From the NCBI GenBank assembly GCA_964459785.1, contig CAYWNW010000008.1, positions 1,443 to 65,442 of the forward strand: 64,000 bases of DNA. The letters run 5' to 3'. The notes under the pieces are model-generated. The model saw only the letters and a list, made by a program, of their open reading frames with translations, was not told the DNA's origin and ran no database searches. Below, one piece after another: positions 57,648-64,000 of the stretch. Every line of letters starts with the position of its first letter. Within the stretch, counting starts at the first letter, position 1. The DNA is from an uncultured Oscillospiraceae bacterium. GTDB lineage: Bacteria; Bacillota; Clostridia; Oscillospirales; Oscillospiraceae. The translations under genes were made by a program, and so were the position numbers.

Positions 57648-58865
57648 ATGAAAATTAACGTTTTGCTGATAAGCAAGCACAGCAGCAATCTCGCGGCGAT
57701 AAGGGGCATGATTGACGATGAGGATATAGCGGTCATCGGGCAGTCTTCGGGAGGAAACGACGCTCTTGAGCGTATCGACAATCTCTCACCCGATATAATC
57801 ATCATGACACTTGGCGCAGGGGATAACGACGTGCGAAGCTTAACGGAGAGAATAATCTTTAACAGACCGCGAAGCCACGTCATTCTGCTGGCGGAGTATC
57901 TGGATGTGGATATTCTCCAGAGCGCTCTTTCTGTAGGTGCTCACAATGTAATCGAGTTTCCGAAGTCCTCAAAGGATTTCTGTGAATATATTAAGACAGT
58001 TTATAACAATGAATCGGCACGAATCGAGTCTCTCAGCGGAAAGCAGAGCCTTTCATGGATTTCAAAAGTTATAACAGTTTACGGAGCCAAGGGAGGAATC
58101 GGAAAGACGACGCTTGCCGTCAATCTGGCGGTAAAGCTGGCTGAAAGCAGAAAAAAATTAGCTCTCGTCGATTTGGACCTTCAGTTCGGGGACGCAAACG
58201 TCTTTCTGGATATCGTTCCGGTAGACACCATTTTTGAGCTTGCGCAGGAACTCGCATCTCCGAATATTGATTTAATAAGAAGCTACATGAGCGTTCACTC
58301 CAGCGGGGTACACGTTCTGTGTGCACCGAAAAGTCCCGAATATGCCGAGCTTATAACGCCGGAGAAAATACAGAGCATTCTAAGCCAGCTGCGGACGTAT
58401 TACGATTATGTTATTATCGACACTTCACCGAGCTACAACGATGTTACAATCACCGCACTGGAGGCTTCGTCCACTATTCTTTTTTTAACCGGGCTTGACA
58501 TCTCGATTTTAAAAAATTCGAAGCTGAGCCTGAATATACTAAGATCGCTTCAGCAGGTGAATAAGGTGAAAATAATAGTTAACAGGGCTGTCAGCATCGG
58601 CTCGATTACTTTGGACGATGTGCAGAAACTGATTGACTGCCCGATATGGGCAAAGCTTCCGAGTGACTATAAGGTCGCGGTGACCGCACTCAACCGCGGC
58701 GTGCCCTTTGTGACGGGGGCACCGAAAAGCGAGCTTAGCCAGGCTGTTTCAACGGTTGCATCTATGCTGCTTGAGGGGACGGAAGATGTTGATACTCTAA
58801 GCATAAAGCAGCGTAAAAAACTCGGGTTAATGAATAACGGCAGGCGGCAGACAAATCGTCGGTAA
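57648..58865 (+). CDS. tadZ: TadZ/CpaE-like: atypical receiver domain + MinD/ParA-type ATPase
   Basis: 405 aa. The receiver-like N-terminus lacks the acidic pocket (SPDIIIMTLG in place of the phospho-acceptor D). The deviant Walker A is YGAKGGIGKTT. Confidence 0.8.
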   Translation: MKINVLLISKHSSNLAAIRGMIDDEDIAVIGQSSGGNDALERIDNLSPDIIIMTLGAGDNDVRSLTERIIFNRPRSHVILLAEYLDVDILQSALSVGAHNVIEFPKSSKDFCEYIKTVYNNESARIESLSGKQSLSWISKVITVYGAKGGIGKTTLAVNLAVKLAESRKKLALVDLDLQFGDANVFLDIVPVDTIFELAQELASPNIDLIRSYMSVHSSGVHVLCAPKSPEYAELITPEKIQSILSQLRTYYDYVIIDTSPSYNDVTITALEASSTILFLTGLDISILKNSKLSLNILRSLQQVNKVKIIVNRAVSIGSITLDDVQKLIDCPIWAKLPSDYKVAVTALNRGVPFVTGAPKSELSQAVSTVASMLLEGTEDVDTLSIKQRKKLGLMNNGRRQTNRR

Positions 58866-58888
58866 TTCCTGTTTGATTGGAGCGTTTT

Positions 58889-60250
58889 ATGGGTTTGCTT
58901 GAAAGAATTGAAAAACAAAAATCGCCGCTGCAACAGAGTCAGGCGGCGGAAACAGCTATGTTTTCGGGCAAAATCGGAAATTCTTATGTGGATGAGTATT
59001 CAGACCTGAAAGACAGAATCCACGGAGAAATAATCGATCTTATCAATCATGATATGTTTTCAAAGGGGAAAACAGAGGACGTTAAAGACGAATACATTCT
59101 CCAGTCAATTGAGACCCTGGTGGACGAAAACGGAAACACGATTCCGCGCAGCGACCGCTCGCGTCTTGTAAGGGAAATTTTCAATAACGTCGTCGGTCTG
59201 GGCCCTCTCGAACCTCTTTTGGCAGATCCGGAGATTACAGAAATAATGGTAAACGGACCGCGCAACGTATATGTCGAGCGCCGCGGGAAGCTGGAACTTA
59301 CTTCAACCTGCTTTAAAGACAGCGGACACCTGATGAATGTGCTGAACAGAATTGTTTCAAGCGTGGGAAGGCGTGTTGACGAGTCAAGCCCTATGGTCGA
59401 TGCGCGTCTTGCGGACGGCTCGCGCATCAACGCGATAATCCCCCCGCTGGCACTGAACGGGCCGACAATAACAATCAGAAAGTTTTCAAAAACTCCTTTT
59501 ACCGAAAGCGACCTGATACGTTTTGGCTCCGTTTCCCCCAAAATGATGTCGTTTTTGGAAGCTTGCGTTAAAGGTAAGATGAATATCATCGTTTCGGGAG
59601 GTACCGGCAGCGGTAAAACCACATTGCTCAATGTTCTATCCGGCTATATACCGGGCAACGAGCGTATTGTCACTATTGAGGACGCCGCTGAAATCCAGCT
59701 ACGGCAGGAACATGTTGTTACGCTTGAATCAAGACCTGCAAACTTTGAACATGCGGGGCAGGTGACAATCAGGGATTTGGTCCGTAACGCTTTGCGTATG
59801 CGCCCGGACCGCATAATTGTCGGCGAGGTGCGCTCGGGCGAAACGCTGGATATGCTTCAGGCCATGAACACAGGCCATGACGGGTCGCTTACCACAGCTC
59901 ATGCCAACACTCCTCGGGACCTTATTTCAAGACTCGAAACGATGGTGCTTATGTCCGGCATGGAAATTCCGATTAAGGCAATAAGAGAACAGGTGGCCTC
60001 TGCACTGAATATTATTGTTCAGCAGTCGCGTATGAGGGATGGTTCAAGAAAAATAACCAATATTACAGAGGTTGTAGGCATGGAGGGGGATATCGTAACC
60101 CTTCAGGACCTGTTTTACTATAAATCCGAGGGACTGGATTCCAACGGAAAGCTTAAAGGAAGCTTCCTGGCTACCGGAATCCGACCGGGTTTTTTGGAAA
60201 AGCTTTCGGGAAACGGAATCCCCATTAAGGACGAGTGGTTCTATAACTGA
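58889..60250 (+). CDS. tadA: TadA/CpaF secretion ATPase
   Basis: Walker A SGGTGSGKTT, Asp box, Walker B RIIVGEVR, and His box TGHDGSLTTAHAN. Confidence 0.95.
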   Translation: MGLLERIEKQKSPLQQSQAAETAMFSGKIGNSYVDEYSDLKDRIHGEIIDLINHDMFSKGKTEDVKDEYILQSIETLVDENGNTIPRSDRSRLVREIFNNVVGLGPLEPLLADPEITEIMVNGPRNVYVERRGKLELTSTCFKDSGHLMNVLNRIVSSVGRRVDESSPMVDARLADGSRINAIIPPLALNGPTITIRKFSKTPFTESDLIRFGSVSPKMMSFLEACVKGKMNIIVSGGTGSGKTTLLNVLSGYIPGNERIVTIEDAAEIQLRQEHVVTLESRPANFEHAGQVTIRDLVRNALRMRPDRIIVGEVRSGETLDMLQAMNTGHDGSLTTAHANTPRDLISRLETMVLMSGMEIPIKAIREQVASALNIIVQQSRMRDGSRKITNITEVVGMEGDIVTLQDLFYYKSEGLDSNGKLKGSFLATGIRPGFLEKLSGNGIPIKDEWFYN

Positions 60251-60359
60251 GGCGAAGACCGAAGCTATTTAAAGTCCCGACGCGTTTTAAGCAAGATTTC
60301 CCGGCGCTCGGGCAATATTAAAATACGGCAAAATCCGTTTTGCGAAAGGAAGTATCGGT

Positions 60360-61307
60360 ATGCTGGTTTTTTTGCTGTCAGCTTTTTGCGGGGTTCTGGT
60401 ATACTCGATTTTTTCTATGGTTCTGTCATCCAACAGAAACTCAATTATGAAGCAGCGGCTTGCCAAATATTTTAAGAAGTCGGATTTTGACGAGCTCCAG
60501 GTCGAAGTGCTGAAGGAAAAACGTGAAAGAATAAAAAATGAAAAGACGTTTAAATTTCAGCTTGCCAGCCAGGAATTTTCAAATTATCTTGCAATGTCCG
60601 GGGTTAAGCTTCGCGCGACAGAATTTGTATGGACTTGGGTGATTTCCGCAATTCTTCCGACCTTAATCGCTTTCTTCGCCAGCAACAATGTTGTTACTGC
60701 AATGGGAGTCGGAATAATCGGACTTGCTATCCCGCCCTTTCTTGTGCAGCGCTCAAGAAAAAAACGCCAGAATGAATTTAATAAACAGCTCGGAGAATCC
60801 CTGACAATTATGGAAAACTGCGTAAGAGCCGGCTTTTCATTTCAGCAGGCAATGGAAAGTATTGCAGCGGATATGCAGCCGCCGATTTCAACGGAGTTTT
60901 CAAAAACTCTGAGGGAGGTTCAATACGGAATAAGCCTGCCCGACGCGCTGCGCCACATGGTTGACAGAGTTAAGAACAAGGATTTGGATTTACTGGTATC
61001 CGCCGTTCTGATTTCAGCCCAGGTCGGCGGAAATTTGAGCGATATTATGGAAGTGATTTCCGACACCGTACAAGACAGACTGAAAATCAAATCCGAAGTC
61101 CGTGTTCTCACAACCTCGGGTCGCTTTTCGGGAATTATTATAGGTTTGCTCCCGGTTTTTATTATACTGATTCTGATGGTTATAAACCCGAATTATTTCA
61201 AATCATTTATTGGGTCGGATGTGGGCAAGCTGATGCTGGCAGTCTCCGTAATACTTGAAGCGGCAGGCTTTGCCGCAATCCGTAAAATCATTGACATAAA
61301 ATATTAG
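60360..61307 (+). CDS. tadB: TadB (T2SS-F family inner-membrane platform protein)
   Basis: 315 aa with a T2SSF-type domain between TM helices. It lies after tadA. Confidence 0.85.
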   Translation: MLVFLLSAFCGVLVYSIFSMVLSSNRNSIMKQRLAKYFKKSDFDELQVEVLKEKRERIKNEKTFKFQLASQEFSNYLAMSGVKLRATEFVWTWVISAILPTLIAFFASNNVVTAMGVGIIGLAIPPFLVQRSRKKRQNEFNKQLGESLTIMENCVRAGFSFQQAMESIAADMQPPISTEFSKTLREVQYGISLPDALRHMVDRVKNKDLDLLVSAVLISAQVGGNLSDIMEVISDTVQDRLKIKSEVRVLTTSGRFSGIIIGLLPVFIILILMVINPNYFKSFIGSDVGKLMLAVSVILEAAGFAAIRKIIDIKY

Positions 61308-61316
61308 GAGTAGATT

Positions 61317-62261
61317 ATGGCAGGTTTTCTTGCAATCGCAGCGGGCACGCTAATATTTGCCGTTATCGTCATGCTCTTCGGCTCTAAAGGAGCGCGCCGT
61401 GATATCGTCAGAAAGCGGGTTCACGAAATACTCAATGATGACGCCCAAAAAGCGGCTCCCTATGACGAGGACCTGAGCAAACCGATATACGAGCGCTTAG
61501 TCAAGCCGTATCTCACTCTGCTTTCAACTAAAATGGCTAAGTATATGCCGAAAGGGCGGCGCGCCGACAGCGAAAACAAAAAGGTGCGCAGCGATAAACA
61601 AAAGAAAATGCTTCGCCAGGCCGGTTTGAGCATGAGTATTGAGGAGTATTCCCTAATACGGTTTTTTGTGCTGGCCGGAGCCGCGCTGTTTTTCGGGCTC
61701 ATATCCGTGACACTGGGGCTTGGATCAAGAGCGTTTCTCGGGGTGATTTTCGGTGTATATGCGGGCTACACGGTCTTAAGGCTCAATCTCACATCGAGCA
61801 TATCAAAAAGGCGCGAGGCAATGGAGCAGCAAATGCCGGACGTTCTTGATCTTTTGAGCGTAAATGTTGAAGCCGGTCTTGGTTTTGAACAAGCCCTTCT
61901 TCAGGTGATCGGGCATTTTGAGGGCCCGCTGATAGACGAATTGACTGTCACATACAGGGAAATAACAATGGGGCGGGTAAGGCGTGAAGCTCTGGCTCTT
62001 TTTGCGGAGCGCTGCGAGATAGATGAAATAAAAACCTTCGTGGGCTCAATCATTCAGGCAGAACAGCTGGGCATTTCCATTAAAAATGTCCTTCGCACGC
62101 AGGCAACCGCAATGCGTGCAAACAGGAGGAGCAAGGTCGAGGAAAAAGCCCAAAAAGTCCAGGTGAAAATGCTGATACCGATGGTAGGGCTGATATTCCC
62201 CGTGCTTCTGATCGTTCTGCTTGGCCCGGCAGTCGTTCAAATGATTCATGTGCTCAGGTGA
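61317..62261 (+). CDS. tadC: TadC (T2SS-F family inner-membrane platform protein)
   Basis: 314 aa, a paralogous T2SSF domain (LPDVLDLLSVNVEAGLGFEQAL). Confidence 0.85.
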   Translation: MAGFLAIAAGTLIFAVIVMLFGSKGARRDIVRKRVHEILNDDAQKAAPYDEDLSKPIYERLVKPYLTLLSTKMAKYMPKGRRADSENKKVRSDKQKKMLRQAGLSMSIEEYSLIRFFVLAGAALFFGLISVTLGLGSRAFLGVIFGVYAGYTVLRLNLTSSISKRREAMEQQMPDVLDLLSVNVEAGLGFEQALLQVIGHFEGPLIDELTVTYREITMGRVRREALALFAERCEIDEIKTFVGSIIQAEQLGISIKNVLRTQATAMRANRRSKVEEKAQKVQVKMLIPMVGLIFPVLLIVLLGPAVVQMIHVLR

Positions 62262-62269
62262 GGTGACTT

Positions 62270-62596
62270 ATGGTCGTTTTGTGTAATAATACAGTTCTTG
62301 CCGACAAAGTCGTGCTTGCGGACAGTTTTTTCAGCCGCTTCAAGGGACTTATGGGCAGAAAACAACTCTATGGCGGAGAGGGACTTTTGCTGATGAACTG
62401 CCCGTCCGTACACAGCTTTTTCATGAAAATATCAATAGACGCAGTGTATCTTTCAAGGGAAATGACTGTCGTCGGAGTCGAAACACTTCCGCCGTGGCAT
62501 ATCGGAAGGCACATAAAGGGCACGGCTCATGTGCTTGAACTTGCCGTCGGCGCAGCCCTCGTTTCGGTTGGGGACGTGCTGCAAACCCGAAAATAA
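62270..62596 (+). CDS. DUF192-like small protein
   Basis: 108 aa with ADSFFSRFKGLMGR...GLLL..C.SVH.FFM...IDAVYL, which matches the DUF192/COG1430 pattern as I recall it. Confidence 0.55.
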   Translation: MVVLCNNTVLADKVVLADSFFSRFKGLMGRKQLYGGEGLLLMNCPSVHSFFMKISIDAVYLSREMTVVGVETLPPWHIGRHIKGTAHVLELAVGAALVSVGDVLQTRK

Positions 62597-62629
62597 ACCT
62601 ATTCCGCAATACTTTAGGAGGGAAAACCT

Positions 62630-63673
62630 ATGCCGGCTTTAGATGACGAAATAAGCATAGTGGAAACTTTGCGTTTAAAAACAGAGGAATCGGACATTAA
62701 GCAATATTTGAAGAGCACAGTGGGCGGGTATACAAAAAACTCCGTTCTTGAATACCTCAATGTGCTGCGCAAGCAGCAGCAGTCAATGACGGACACCTTT
62801 TCTCGCAACCAGCAGCTCTTGTTTGACGAAAAAGAAAAGCTCAGAAAAACGAATGAGAATTTAAAAACACGGCTTCGTCAGGCACAGGCCGAATATCAGG
62901 AACTTTCACAGACCCTCAAAATTCACGAGCTGGAGGATGGCGAATTATCGGCATCGGACATTTTCGCGCTAAAAAGCAAAATATCGGCGGTTGAGGATGA
63001 ACTGAATAAAAGCATGCTTGATAAAGCCCGCCTTGAGAAGCAAATTGAGTACCACAAAAGCACCGAAGATGATATTACGCAGAAGCTTGCTCAATCCGAA
63101 CAGGAAAAGCTGTCCATTAAGGAGATTTTGAAAGGCGAAACCTCAAGAGCAAAGGAACTGAATGCCGTTATTTCAAAGCTTTCGGGTGAAATTGAAGCAA
63201 GGGACGAAGAAATAAAATTCCTCAACTCTCTCCTTTCTGAGGGGAAGATTGCAAAATTGACTCAAAAGGTCAGCGAACTAACACAGCAGCTTTCGTCACA
63301 GGCCGAGGTGCTGGAGATTTACAACAACGAAAGCAGCTTGAAAACCCAAACAATCGAGTCCCTGAACACGGAAAAAGATAAATTAAGCGCGCTCAATGCC
63401 GAGCTTACTCAAAAGCTTGAAAGTATTACCGAACAAAACGAGAAGCAGTGCGCGGCCAATAAAGCTTTTACTGAATTGCTGGAAAATGAATACAAGAAGT
63501 CCCTAACGCTTATCAAGGAAAAATCAGCAGCAGCCTTCGATAAACTGTCCGCAGAGAGCAAGCTTAGCGAAGCTGTTGCAAAGATAACAATGCTCGAGCT
63601 GCAACTGAAAAAACAGACGGCTGCGGAAGAAACGGAAGCCTTGTACATGAGCAAAAATTCGGTTATGGAATAG
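62630..63673 (+). CDS. Long coiled-coil protein with a DivIVA-like N-terminal GY....VL.YL motif
   Basis: 347 aa, almost entirely heptad-rich E/K/L/Q sequence. The N-terminus is VGGYTKNSVLEYLNVL. It is the last gene co-directional with the tad operon. Confidence 0.5.
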   Translation: MPALDDEISIVETLRLKTEESDIKQYLKSTVGGYTKNSVLEYLNVLRKQQQSMTDTFSRNQQLLFDEKEKLRKTNENLKTRLRQAQAEYQELSQTLKIHELEDGELSASDIFALKSKISAVEDELNKSMLDKARLEKQIEYHKSTEDDITQKLAQSEQEKLSIKEILKGETSRAKELNAVISKLSGEIEARDEEIKFLNSLLSEGKIAKLTQKVSELTQQLSSQAEVLEIYNNESSLKTQTIESLNTEKDKLSALNAELTQKLESITEQNEKQCAANKAFTELLENEYKKSLTLIKEKSAAAFDKLSAESKLSEAVAKITMLELQLKKQTAAEETEALYMSKNSVME

Positions 63674-64000
63674 CCTTCAAATTCTCCCTTCGTTGCCTAT
63701 AAACGGAAGATTGAGCCTTTTGGAACGGAATCGAGGGGATCATATGTAACAAAAGTCGGTAACAGACGAAGCCTTCAGCACTTACGGGCGCGATTTTAAT
63801 GCTGGGCCGCGTGCGGGACTTAAGCCCCGAGCATACTTATGATACGTCTAAACTGGAGTTTTTCCGCCTTCCGAAAGGCACGGCCGTAGAACTCTACGGA
63901 ACGACGCTTCATTACGCTCCCTGCAATGCCGACGGAGCTAACTTCCGTGTTGGCGTTGTTCTGCCGCGGGGAACGAACACGGAGCTTGAGGCTGAGCATT

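Noticed and set aside
63700-64000. Open reading frames on both strands running to the window edge. One starts at a plus-strand ATG at 63799. The other is a minus-strand C-terminal fragment ending at about 63821.
   Set aside because: The sequence is too short and carries no recognisable motif. I cannot decide which strand, if any, is coding, so I did not annotate it.

Overview
This window looks like a chromosomal segment from a spore-forming Firmicutes/Clostridia-type organism. That assignment is inferred from ylbJ-yqfC-yqfD, a spoVD/spoVE-type dcw cluster and an intact sigK. The flanks are visibly GC-rich. The core blocks, in order, are: rlmD-like, capA-like and ylbJ/yqfC/yqfD; phoH-ybeY-dgkA-era-yqzL-recO; mutS2, ptsH, uvrC, rsmD and coaD; the dcw cluster mraZ-rsmH-ftsL-PBP-murE-mraY-ftsW-murG-murA-ftsQ-ftsZ; sigK; a CoA-transferase with one in-frame TAG; a Crp/Fnr regulator with a ferredoxin-cupin-rubredoxin-hcp operon; a two-component system; and a complete Gram-positive Tad/Flp pilus operon preceded by two tandem c-di-GMP-I riboswitches. 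Between recO and mutS2 (about 9.95-21.15 kb) sits a clearly AT-rich accessory island bounded by short inverted repeats. The island carries a 5' fragment of an IS21-family istA fused head-on to a 3'-truncated hsdR, with intact hsdS and hsdM. It also carries a separately terminated two-gene module (a ParB-like DUF262 protein plus a small HEPN Rx4H protein) and a four-gene operon whose two large products are arrays of five treble-clef zinc-ribbon repeats. Those two island modules are the best candidates for an uncharacterised (defence-type) system. All calls come from reading the sequence and the translated ORFs. No database search was run, so family names are recognised from motifs and memory.
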